Shown here: positions 1 to 8,559 of the stretch, in pieces
Numbering within the stretch: position 1 is the first letter of the stretch
How the letters are laid out: each line of letters starts with the position of its first letter
From: an uncultured Bacteroidales bacterium
GTDB taxonomy: Bacteria; Bacteroidota; Bacteroidia; Bacteroidales; VadinHA17
Direction of reading: 5' to 3'
Length of the DNA: 64,000 nt
NCBI GenBank assembly: GCA_963717685.1
Contig: OY970346.1
Location: forward strand, 1,454,981 to 1,518,980
The notes under the pieces: model-generated
Database searches by the model: none
What the model was told of the DNA's origin: nothing
Seen by the model: only the letters and a program-made list of their open reading frames with translations
Position numbers and translations under genes: made by a program

Positions 1-30
1 ATAATCAATTATTTCCTCATTTTGGTCTCA

Positions 31-140
31 TGAACTCACCCCAACCCCTCTCTCCGCCAGTTGGCGGAAAGAGGGGCTATAAAGCTTTATCCCCCCTTCT
101 TTTGCCTGCAAGAGAAGGGGGTCAGGGGGTTGAGTTTATG
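31..140. repeat. GC-rich nested-palindrome intergenic repeat element
   Basis: Hairpin 45-59/62-76 (cccctctctccgcca gt tggcggaaagagggg, 1 mismatch). Hairpin 92-100/113-121 (cccccttct ... agaaggggg). Imperfect outer arms aactcacccc... / ...gggggttgagtt. Shares the motif ccccctt(ct)tttgcct(c)gcaag with the copies at 16741 and 16857. Confidence 0.6.
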
Positions 141-260
141 CATTTTCAAAATATTTCAGCCTTCTTATTATTGATTCCCGATAGTCATATTAAATAATTG
201 TCAGGTAGCATGACAGCAAAGTACATTATCCAGGATGAGGGGCGTAAAGGGTAGGCACAA

Positions 261-1157
261 ATGAAAAATTATAATCTGAATATCGCTGATTATATCATCA
301 GGTTTGAGAGCGGTGATGACGGACCGGAGCTGGGGTCTTCGGAGAGGTTCCTGAGGAATATTTGCACGAATGAGAGGCAGGATGTGCTGATAAGGGTTCA
401 TGGCGGCAGGCCGGCAATGCCTCATGCAGCAAAAAGAGTATTCAACGCTCCTTACGTTGAGGAGATCGACGGTAGCCGGGTGAAGAAGAGCGACAGGTTC
501 TGGAGCGTCAGCAGGCATCAGGATGATCTGTATATAAGGACCGTTTTCCCACTTTCATCTTCTCCCGGCAACGCAATATTGAAATTCTCGCTCACATCTG
601 TTACATGGGACCTGTGGATCGAAAACTCAGAAGACAAAACCGATCCCATGGAATACCCCCTTGACGGACTGATCCTTTATTACCTCACAGTCATCCATGG
701 GGACATCATGATACATGCATCGGGGATAAACACTGCCGGCAGGGGGTATCTCTTCAGCGGCATTTCGGGAAAAGGGAAGAGCACGATAGCAAGATTATGG
801 AACGATTCGGGCGCAACGATAATTCATGACGACAGGCTGATCATCCGCATTAAGGACAGTAAATATGTAATGCACAACACCCCGGTTTACAATGACGATT
901 CTCCTGGTGAATCACCGCTTGACAGGATATACCTGATCGAACATGGAAGGGAGAATGAGGTAATACCCGTAAAAGGTGCATCAGCAGTGAGCCTTGTGAT
1001 GGCAAACTGCATTCAGCACAACTGGGACCGTAAGATAATTTCAGGACTTCTCGGGTCAGTCTCCTCCATGTGTGCAAGAATCCCGGTCGCAAAGCTCCTT
1101 TTCAGACCCGACAGAAGCATAACAGATCATATTATCAGAGATGAACAGGGAGAATGA
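261..1157 (+). CDS. HPr-kinase-C-like (HprK-related) P-loop serine kinase-like protein
   Basis: 298-aa ORF. The C-terminal half reads IHASGINTAGRGYLFSGISGKGKSTIARLW...IIHDDRLII, i.e. a GxSGxGKST Walker A followed by an hDD motif as in HprK C-terminal domains. The N-terminal ~140 aa are unassigned. Overlaps the next gene by 17 nt. Confidence 0.6.
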   Translation: MKNYNLNIADYIIRFESGDDGPELGSSERFLRNICTNERQDVLIRVHGGRPAMPHAAKRVFNAPYVEEIDGSRVKKSDRFWSVSRHQDDLYIRTVFPLSSSPGNAILKFSLTSVTWDLWIENSEDKTDPMEYPLDGLILYYLTVIHGDIMIHASGINTAGRGYLFSGISGKGKSTIARLWNDSGATIIHDDRLIIRIKDSKYVMHNTPVYNDDSPGESPLDRIYLIEHGRENEVIPVKGASAVSLVMANCIQHNWDRKIISGLLGSVSSMCARIPVAKLLFRPDRSITDHIIRDEQGE

Positions 1158-1602
1158 CACACAAACAATACTGAAGGAAATCAGCTTTTCACTCCTTGAA
1201 AACGGGATAACAATAAGGGCTAAAGCAGATGGTTACAGCATGTATCCGTTCATAAAGCCGGGATCGGTCATCCTCCTAGAACCGGTGACCCCGGAAACAA
1301 CTCTTATTCCCGGTGCGATTGTCGCCTGGAAAAGAGATTCCGGCTTTGTTCTTCACAGGCTCGTAAGGATAATTAATGAGGGAGACGAAGTGCTATATGT
1401 CACCAGAGGCGACAGCTGCCCTGAAGAAGACACACCCCTGATCAGAGTTCGCATTGCCGGCAAAGTACTTGCAATTGAAGATGCGAATGGTAAAATAAGG
1501 GAAGGGTCACAACTTGTCAGCAAGCCATGGTACTTTTATAACAGGTTAAATATATGGATAATGGCCAGAGCAAAGAGAATTGCAAGGTCGATCAGCCAGT
1601 GA
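1141..1602 (+). CDS. S24/S26-family peptidase with SipW/Sec11-type Ser-His signature, no membrane anchor
   Basis: 153 aa. Boxes GYSMYP (nucleophile Ser), PGAIVAW, VLHRLVRI (His where bacterial SPase I/LexA have Lys) and TRGDSCPEEDTP (GDN-like box). No hydrophobic TM segment is visible. Confidence 0.55.
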   Translation: MNRENDTQTILKEISFSLLENGITIRAKADGYSMYPFIKPGSVILLEPVTPETTLIPGAIVAWKRDSGFVLHRLVRIINEGDEVLYVTRGDSCPEEDTPLIRVRIAGKVLAIEDANGKIREGSQLVSKPWYFYNRLNIWIMARAKRIARSISQ

Positions 1603-1675
1603 AGCAAAGGAGCTGAAGTTTAGTAAAAAGATTATTTCCCGTATATAGTTCTTTGAATAATTGTGTTCATAACAC

Positions 1676-1729
1676 AAAAGTCGTTTGATAAAATGTAAAA
1701 AAATACAAAAAGTCGTTTGATAAAATGTA
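1676..1729. repeat. 22-bp direct repeat x2 (aaaagtcgtttgataaaatgta), period 32 bp
   Basis: Identical 22-mers at 1676-1697 and 1708-1729, immediately upstream of the AAA ATPase gene. Confidence 0.8.
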
Positions 1730-1735
1730 TTTTTG
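1728..1735 (+). promoter_or_regulatory. Bacteroidetes-type -7 box (TAnnTTTG)
   Basis: tatttttg at 1728-1735, 16 nt upstream of the ATG at 1751. It overlaps the TTG (1733) used as start in the ORF track. Confidence 0.4.
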
Positions 1736-1750
1736 TGTAAAAATGTACAT

Positions 1751-3082
1751 ATGAGAAGGGCAAGACTTAAGGATCTGATAACCTGGAAAAACTCCGGTTC
1801 ACGAAAGCCTCTGATTATAAGAGGCGCAAGACAGGTCGGGAAAACCTGGCTAATGAAGGAATTTGGAAGATCACAATATGCACAGGTAGTTTATCTGGAT
1901 TTCGAGAAGAATAAGCGACTTAAAGGTTTGTTCAATGATGATTTTGATATAAAAAGAATAATAACAGCATTGCAGGCTGAGTCGGGGTTAACGATCGATG
2001 CAGGAAACACTTTGCTGATATTCGATGAAATACAGAGTGTCCCCGAAGCCATTACTGCTTTGAAATATATTCAGGAAGATTCCAACGGATATAATGTTGT
2101 GGCAGCCGGTTCCCTGTTAGGCATTGCTCTTCATTCTGATTTTTCTTTCCCGGTGGGGAAAGTGGATTTCATGGATTTATATCCGATGACATTTATGGAA
2201 TTTCTTGATGCAGTCGGAGAAAATGGTCTGGTTGAAATGCTTAACAATGGTGACTGGAAGCTAATAACAGTGTATAAATCCAGATATTTAGAAAGACTCA
2301 GACAATATTACTATGTAGGAGGGATGCCGGAAGCTGTCCTGAATTTCAGTTTGCAAAATAATTTCCAGGAAGTGCGAAATATTCAGAAGCAGATATTGAG
2401 CGCTTATGATCTGGATTTTTCAAAGCATGCTCCTGCCAATATTGTCCCCCGGGTCCGGATGTTGTGGAATTCAATCCCGTCACAGCTCGCAAAAGAGAAC
2501 CGGAAATTTATTTATGGATTGATAAAAGAGGGTTCCCGCGCAAAAGAATATGAACTGGCTCTCTCATGGTTAATTGATTGCGGGCAGGTTAACAGGGTGT
2601 TCAGAGTTACGAAACCCGCCATCCCCTTAAAAGCTTATGAAGACAGAGGTGCTTTTAAGTTGTTTCTTGTGGATATCGGATTATTATCAGCTATGGGAGA
2701 TATTGATGCTAAAACACTTCTTGAGAGAAGTGCCATATTCACTGAATTTAAGGGGGCCCTGACAGAACAATATGTATTTCAACAGTTAAACAGCACAAAT
2801 GAATTTGTGATTTATTACTGGTCCGGGGAACGTTCAACTTCCGAGATAGATCTGTTGATTCAACATATGGGTATTTATATTCCTGTTGAAGTCAAAGCAG
2901 AGGAAAATCTGCAGGCTAAAAGCTTAAAAGTATTCAGGGAGAAATTCAATCCGGAATTTTCTGTCCGTACCTCCATGTCCGACTATCGTAAGGAAGGATG
3001 GCTTGTTAATTTGCCATTATACGCGATTTGTTTATTACCGGGAATATGTAAAAGTCAGCAGGCTCCGGGCGCCGGACGATAG
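1751..3082 (+). CDS. AAA-family ATPase (AAA_14 + DUF4143-type, COG1373-like)
   Basis: Walker A GARQVGKTW and Walker B LLIFDEIQ. The long C-terminal region is typical of this stand-alone ATPase family. ATG 1751 is preferred over TTG 1733. The gene is markedly AT-rich (17/60 G+C in lines 1921 and 2761) compared with its neighbours (35/60 in lines 301 and 4741). Confidence 0.7.
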   Translation: MRRARLKDLITWKNSGSRKPLIIRGARQVGKTWLMKEFGRSQYAQVVYLDFEKNKRLKGLFNDDFDIKRIITALQAESGLTIDAGNTLLIFDEIQSVPEAITALKYIQEDSNGYNVVAAGSLLGIALHSDFSFPVGKVDFMDLYPMTFMEFLDAVGENGLVEMLNNGDWKLITVYKSRYLERLRQYYYVGGMPEAVLNFSLQNNFQEVRNIQKQILSAYDLDFSKHAPANIVPRVRMLWNSIPSQLAKENRKFIYGLIKEGSRAKEYELALSWLIDCGQVNRVFRVTKPAIPLKAYEDRGAFKLFLVDIGLLSAMGDIDAKTLLERSAIFTEFKGALTEQYVFQQLNSTNEFVIYYWSGERSTSEIDLLIQHMGIYIPVEVKAEENLQAKSLKVFREKFNPEFSVRTSMSDYRKEGWLVNLPLYAICLLPGICKSQQAPGAGR

Positions 3083-3293
3083 ACACAGGTAAAATATCTC
3101 CGTTCGATCCGTGGTGAATAATTTCTGACCGCCAGGACACGAAGGGTTTTCTAAAAAGCCGTTGAAGAGTGGCATATAATGAACAGACCGTCAATTAATC
3201 ATTTGCTCATTTAAAAAGTGTTACCTAAATTGTGAGGAAAAAGAGAACAACTGAAGGAAGGAATGGATAATAATTATCATGTTTTGATCGTCA

Positions 3294-5090
3294 ATGAAGC
3301 AAAAGGCTGAACATTTCAGGGAATCGATAAGGCTGGTCTGGAAATCGGCGCCGGGCTGGACATTCCTTAATATTTTCATTTCTGTCCTGCGAAGTTTCCT
3401 GCCACTATTGCTGATATGGCTCATTAAAGTCGTTATTGACGGAATAACAGCGACAGTTTCTGCTAAATCAGGCATCCCGGTCATTAACCTTCTCCGGCCC
3501 ATAGTCGCAGTAGTGATAATATGGTTTCTCGATGAGGCTGCTTCCGATATCGGGAATTTTGTCCGTAAGAAGCAATCCGTGAAGCTTGAAGCCTACATGT
3601 ATCGTCTTTTACACGAAAAGGCAGTAAGGCTAGACCTGTTAAATTTTGAGCGGCCCGAATACTTCGATTCGCTGTCACGGGCCTCAAGGGAAGCACCATG
3701 GCGCCCAAACAGCATACTGAATAACATGGTCTCTGTGTTCCGGGCCCTGTTGTCTCTGTTACTGATGGCCGGAGTGCTTACAATGCTTCACTGGACGCTG
3801 GTCATTCTTCTCCTTGTGGTCAATGTCCCGGGTATCTGGCTGAGATTTTACTATGCCGACATGCTTTATCTTTTCCAGCGGAAGCAGACACCGGAAGCCA
3901 GGAAAACAGCCTATTTCAACTGGCTCCTTACCGGCGACCGGCCTTCGAGGGAGATAAGGCTGTTCGGACTTGGAGATTATTTCATTTCGCTCTTCAACAA
4001 ATCATTCATGAAGACGAAGGAAGAAGAAACAGGCATAATAAAGAAACGAACCCTGATCGAGCTAATCTCCGATGTATTCAAGGCAGCAGCGGTGCTAATC
4101 ACAATAATGTTCATTGCCAGTCAGACTATCCACGGGAAAATCACCATCGGCCAGATGGCAATGTTCCTTCTTGCATTCAGGCAGGGCATGGTTAATATAA
4201 AAGAGCTATTCGGGTCGCTCGGTGGCTTGTATGAGGATTCACTGTACACCGGCGATACATTCGAATTCCTCGACCTGGCCGAGAATATTAAGGCAATACC
4301 TCCTGAAATTGTTCCCAATGGCATTGATAAAGCCATAACGGTTGAGGATCTCTCCTTCACATATCCCGGTAACAACATGACCACATTAGATAATATCTCG
4401 TTCCAGGTAAGGAAGGGAGAAATTATAGCACTTGTGGGTCCGAACGGAGCCGGGAAAAGCACACTCGTACGGCTGCTGTGCCGCCTTTATGACCCCGATT
4501 CGGGATCAGTAAAGCTCGATGGGAACGACATAAAAAGTATGGATCCTGATAAATACAGGAAGCTGCTGTCGGTGGTGTTCCAGGATTTCATGCTGTATAA
4601 CCTAAGCGCCGGAGAGAATATCAGGCTGGGAAATATTGATGAACAGCATCCCGAAGAGAAGATGACAAAAGCTTCGAAGGCGACAGGCATTCATGATCTT
4701 ATAACCGGTCTGCCCCAGGGCTATGCCACGCAGATCGGCAACCTGTTCGACGACAGCCGCGAGCTGAGCTGGGGCGAATGGCAGAAGCTTGCTCTTTCAA
4801 GGGCGCTCTTCAGGGATGCCCCGGTACTGATACTCGACGAGCCTTCAAGCTCACTCGATGCCGAAACTGAATATGAGATATTCAGCCATTTCAGGGAAAT
4901 AGTCAGGGGAAGGACCGCAATACTTATAAGCCACAGGTTTACAAATGTGAGCCTGGCCGACAGGATAATTGTGCTGTACGGAGGCAGGATAGCAGAAGCC
5001 GGCCCGCACAGCGAGCTGATGAAGAAAAAAGGGATCTATTACAAGATGTACACCAGTCAGAGCAGCAGGTTCGACAAGGATGAAAAATGA
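3294..5090 (+). CDS. ABC exporter, fused permease + ATPase (no peptidase domain)
   Basis: 598 aa. N-terminal multi-TM domain, Walker A GPNGAGKST, degenerate signature LSWGEWQKLALSRA, Walker B LILDEPSSSLD. Confidence 0.85.
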   Translation: MKQKAEHFRESIRLVWKSAPGWTFLNIFISVLRSFLPLLLIWLIKVVIDGITATVSAKSGIPVINLLRPIVAVVIIWFLDEAASDIGNFVRKKQSVKLEAYMYRLLHEKAVRLDLLNFERPEYFDSLSRASREAPWRPNSILNNMVSVFRALLSLLLMAGVLTMLHWTLVILLLVVNVPGIWLRFYYADMLYLFQRKQTPEARKTAYFNWLLTGDRPSREIRLFGLGDYFISLFNKSFMKTKEEETGIIKKRTLIELISDVFKAAAVLITIMFIASQTIHGKITIGQMAMFLLAFRQGMVNIKELFGSLGGLYEDSLYTGDTFEFLDLAENIKAIPPEIVPNGIDKAITVEDLSFTYPGNNMTTLDNISFQVRKGEIIALVGPNGAGKSTLVRLLCRLYDPDSGSVKLDGNDIKSMDPDKYRKLLSVVFQDFMLYNLSAGENIRLGNIDEQHPEEKMTKASKATGIHDLITGLPQGYATQIGNLFDDSRELSWGEWQKLALSRALFRDAPVLILDEPSSSLDAETEYEIFSHFREIVRGRTAILISHRFTNVSLADRIIVLYGGRIAEAGPHSELMKKKGIYYKMYTSQSSRFDKDEK

Positions 5091-6261
5091 ACTTGATATC
5101 AGGGATGAGGAGATACTTCTTCTCGGCCTGAGCCGCCTTACTTTCGGTCCTGAGCTGAAGGTGATGCTGCAAGCCCTGGCTGAGACCCTTACCGACTGGA
5201 ATTACTTCAGTGCCCTTGCAAATGTTCATGGCGTATCGGCGCTGGTCCTGCATAATCTTGAAAAGCTGGGTTTGCTCAGCCTGCTTCCCTCAGAAACAGT
5301 AAACAGCCTGAGGAGTGCCCTGATGATGAACCTCAGCCGGAACACCAGGAATGCCGAAAGCACGGCAGAGGTATTAAGACTTCTGAACCATGAAAACATC
5401 AAGGTAGTGCTCCTCAAGGGAATGGCGCTTGAAATGACCGTTTATGGCAACGAAGGGCTGAGGCAGATGCTGGATGTCGATGTACTTGTAAGCAGGGACA
5501 ACTGCATCAGGGCAAGAGATATCCTGGAGGAAAACGGTTTTGTCTCAGAGCCTTTAAAGTCGGTACTTTACAAACCCATTATAGCCGACATAGGCAAGCA
5601 TCTTCCCAGGCTGACAAAAGGCGGATTCTCAGTAGAGCTGCACCATGAGCTGTTCGGGGCCGGGAAGAATATCCTGACGAGGATACTTTACGACACCAGC
5701 CAAGAGACGACCCTGAACGGAGAGATGGCTTTCATACCAAAAGCACAGATATTCTTCCTCTACCTCGTAAGGCATCTCCATAGTCATGAGATGAACAACG
5801 AATCGCAGTTGAAGATGTATGCCGACCTGGTAGTTCTGATAGAGCAATTCGGGGATGAGATAATAAATTACGATCTGCCGGTGTATGCCTCCCAGACAGG
5901 GATGCCGGAGATACTGGCATGGAAGCTCGAGCCGCTGAGAGACCTGTGGGGCATGACGTTCCCCGGCTGGATAAATGAATTTATTGATAAATGGTACAAT
6001 CCTGATTCAATTAACAAATTCGTCTTTTTCCTCAAGAGTCCGGCGGGCAATGCCATTACAGGCAGGGGGTCGCTTTACAGGCATGACCTGGCAGAAATAC
6101 CCGGAATCCACAGGAAGATATTGTATGTGCTTGGCGATCTCTTTCCGACAATCACATTCCTGAAGAGACGCTATAATTGTAAAAGCAGATGGAAGGCAAT
6201 GCTTTATTATCCGCTCAGGTGGGGGAAGCTGTGGTATCTGGCCGGGGGGGAAGGAGCATAA
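5080..6261 (+). CDS. Uncharacterised nucleotidyltransferase-family protein (NTP_transf_5-like)
   Basis: 393 aa. The pattern VVLLKGMAL...GLRQMLDVDVLV...ARDILEENGF matches my memory of the family found next to HprK-like kinases and PqqD in peptide-modification loci. Overlaps the ABC gene by 11 nt. Confidence 0.5.
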   Translation: MKNELDIRDEEILLLGLSRLTFGPELKVMLQALAETLTDWNYFSALANVHGVSALVLHNLEKLGLLSLLPSETVNSLRSALMMNLSRNTRNAESTAEVLRLLNHENIKVVLLKGMALEMTVYGNEGLRQMLDVDVLVSRDNCIRARDILEENGFVSEPLKSVLYKPIIADIGKHLPRLTKGGFSVELHHELFGAGKNILTRILYDTSQETTLNGEMAFIPKAQIFFLYLVRHLHSHEMNNESQLKMYADLVVLIEQFGDEIINYDLPVYASQTGMPEILAWKLEPLRDLWGMTFPGWINEFIDKWYNPDSINKFVFFLKSPAGNAITGRGSLYRHDLAEIPGIHRKILYVLGDLFPTITFLKRRYNCKSRWKAMLYYPLRWGKLWYLAGGEGA

Positions 6262-6301
6262 AAGCCTGAGACAGGTATTTCCGGGTATCCTTGAGGATTC
6301 T

Positions 6302-6781
6302 TTATTTTGTGATGATGCTGTCCTTGTAATCGAGGAATATCCTGAAATAGCCTGACTGCAGCATGAAAGAATCGAGAGGGTTATCCTTGTTTTTCATGGT
6401 GAAATAGAAATCGCCCAGGATATCAAGGTCCTGGTATCCCAGCAGGCGCATTTGTCCGGCTGAAGAGACATATCTCCTTACTGTGCCTGAATCGGGTTTT
6501 ACGTTGAACACGGCTGTAACTGACGGGTACTCGTAAATGTTTTTAACGAATGTGGTATCGTAAGCCCTTATGTTGAGTGAATCAGACAGGAGGTCGTAAA
6601 TTTTCCAGCCATAGCCTCTAAGGGAATCGGCTTTATATACCGAGAAGCGGCAGGCGTAGCCGTCGGGGCTGTAATAGAGGTTATTGATATCGTACTGGAT
6701 AAGTCGTGATTTCACATAATCCGGAGAGCATGAGGCGGCCATGAGGATCAGTAAGACAAAAAGGAAGGCAGGCTTTTTCAT
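6302..6781 (-). CDS. Hypothetical lipoprotein
   Basis: 159 aa. Signal peptide with lipobox (LILMAASCSP). No recognisable domain. Confidence 0.6.
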   Translation of the reverse strand: MKKPAFLFVLLILMAASCSPDYVKSRLIQYDINNLYYSPDGYACRFSVYKADSLRGYGWKIYDLLSDSLNIRAYDTTFVKNIYEYPSVTAVFNVKPDSGTVRRYVSSAGQMRLLGYQDLDILGDFYFTMKNKDNPLDSFMLQSGYFRIFLDYKDSIITK

Positions 6782-7314
6782 AGCGATGGAATATGGCTTA
6801 AAATTATTGAAAAAAGCTGAACGGGAGAATCTTTATCAGGCAGATTTATGGATCTGTCCGGGGAAAATAATAAGTGTACATTATACACTTATTGCCGGTT
6901 GTCATTAAAAAATGTCCAGGCCGGCATTGAAATGATGAATTCAATCAGCTGCAATCAAAGAGAAACCCCGGACCTGAACCCGTATAGAAGAATCAGCTTG
7001 AAGCAAGTCCGGGGTTGAAGGGAATTTGGTTAGAAAAGCACTACCCTGATTAGCACGATTTAACGCAGAATTTGCATCACTCCCCTGTATTTTGAAATCA
7101 TTGATATGTCTGCCGGTTATCTGACATTTATTATTTACGATAAAAATATCCGGGCAGCGTACGGAAAAAAAGAACTCAGTGAATAAAATCAAATGGAGGG
7201 TCAGAATAATTTTAAATTAACAGTGGGAGAGAGCATTAAAATCGCGGCAGATATAATTAATTTAAAAGAAAATGCCACAAAGGCACCAAGACCCCATGGT
7301 TCACCAGGTTGTTT

Positions 7315-8490
7315 TTAATTACTTATTGATTGCCCGGGAGGGATTATTGAATTGAATCTTTCTTCGAATCCGGGGCTGAACCTTGAGTTCATCTGAATCA
7401 GGGAGCTGTCTCTTTTCAGGGGTACCATAAGTGAATCCCTGACAAATTTCGTTTTTTCATTGATAAATACGAGCTCGGAATGATTATGCCAGATTTTTTC
7501 AGGATTGTTTTCCAAATAAGAAAACTGAACATCTGAAACTACTTTCGAAAGGAAACCATCATCCCCATAAAAGTGTGAATATGAATAATGGTAAGGATAA
7601 TACTTTGCATCTTTAGTCCTGTATTGATCTGATCTGCCAATTGCCATCATTTCAGGGCTTAAATTAGTATCTATTCTTAGAATTAGCCAATTTCTTTTAT
7701 CAATAATGAAACGGCCATTTTTAAGCATATACTTTTTATTGGGCTTGAAATCTAACCGAGGATTGATACTGATAATAATTATTGAATCATTTGATTCCTG
7801 ATTGCTTAAGTACCATTCTTTTTCTTTAGAAGCACCTATAATGAAACTGTTGAATGGAGCATATGAAGCAGGCATATCATAATTTGGAATAAATGTATTT
7901 TTAAATATTGGATTCCTATTAACAATAATATTTTTAAGAATACATACGATTAAACTGCCATGACTAGGAGATAATAAATACTTGAGTTCATACAATATTT
8001 CTGCTTTTACCTCCGCCACTAATGTATCTCTGAATATAAACATATCTTTCCTATAACATGTTAAATATGCAGGTACGTTCATTGTTTTATAAGTAGTATT
8101 AATTGCTTTTTCTAGAATTGCCCTAGCACCCTTTGCACTGATTGTTATAGGATTCATTTCTATAGGCAATTCTTCCATTTCAATGAATTTCTGATCTTTT
8201 ATTCTCCCGAAAGTTGTTTTCAAAGTTTTATATGCCACATGTGAAATCTGAACGGAATCTTTCCCCTGTAGTACCAGAGAAAAATAGCCATCTGCATCTG
8301 ATACCTCGAGAATATTTTTGCCCGGAACTTTAATATGTGCATAAGCAATGCCATTGTTTGACCTGGAATCAATAAGACGGATTCTTGATGCCTGTTGTCC
8401 AAATAGATTTTGAGAAGCATAAAAATAAATAACCATTATGATCAAGAAGGGTCGTTTAAATATTGGATCTTTATTTTTTTTGCTTTTCAT
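7315..8490 (-). CDS. Carboxypeptidase-regulatory-like (CarboxypepD_reg) domain protein
   Basis: 391 aa. N-terminal signal/anchor followed by IRLIDSRSNNGIAYAHIKVPGKNILEVSDADGYFSL, typical of the CarboxypepD_reg fold. Very AT-rich (14/60 G+C in lines 7681 and 7921). Confidence 0.65.
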   Translation of the reverse strand: MKSKKNKDPIFKRPFLIIMVIYFYASQNLFGQQASRIRLIDSRSNNGIAYAHIKVPGKNILEVSDADGYFSLVLQGKDSVQISHVAYKTLKTTFGRIKDQKFIEMEELPIEMNPITISAKGARAILEKAINTTYKTMNVPAYLTCYRKDMFIFRDTLVAEVKAEILYELKYLLSPSHGSLIVCILKNIIVNRNPIFKNTFIPNYDMPASYAPFNSFIIGASKEKEWYLSNQESNDSIIIISINPRLDFKPNKKYMLKNGRFIIDKRNWLILRIDTNLSPEMMAIGRSDQYRTKDAKYYPYHYSYSHFYGDDGFLSKVVSDVQFSYLENNPEKIWHNHSELVFINEKTKFVRDSLMVPLKRDSSLIQMNSRFSPGFEERFNSIIPPGQSISN

Positions 8491-8504
8491 TTTTAAATGC
8501 TATT

Positions 8505-8547
8505 AAAAAAACCGAAAGAGAAAGGACAGCAAAACTGCCCTTTCTTT
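8505..8547 (-). terminator. Intrinsic terminator after the GG-leader peptide gene
   Basis: Minus-strand RNA forms GAAAGGGCAG uuuug CUGUCCUUUC (10 bp with one G-U pair), followed within 8 nt by a U7 run (plus-strand A run 8505-8511). Confidence 0.6.
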
Positions 8548-8559
8548 ATGAAAACCCTT

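Noticed and set aside
201-518. 105-aa minus-strand ORF overlapping the start of the kinase-like gene
   Set aside because: It overlaps a better-supported + strand gene, has Cys/His/Pro-rich odd composition and no motif.
6964-7016. Possible SRP (4.5S) RNA because of ...GGACCUGAACC...GAAGCAAGUCC... in a long hairpin
   Set aside because: It lacks the conserved domain IV arrangement (GGAA tetraloop flanked by the AGG/AGCA symmetric loop), and the flanks do not extend the helix.
6941-7192. 83-aa minus-strand ORF in the 533-bp gap
   Set aside because: It has no signal, no motif and an atypical composition. I treat the region as non-coding with possible regulatory or RNA function (see finding).
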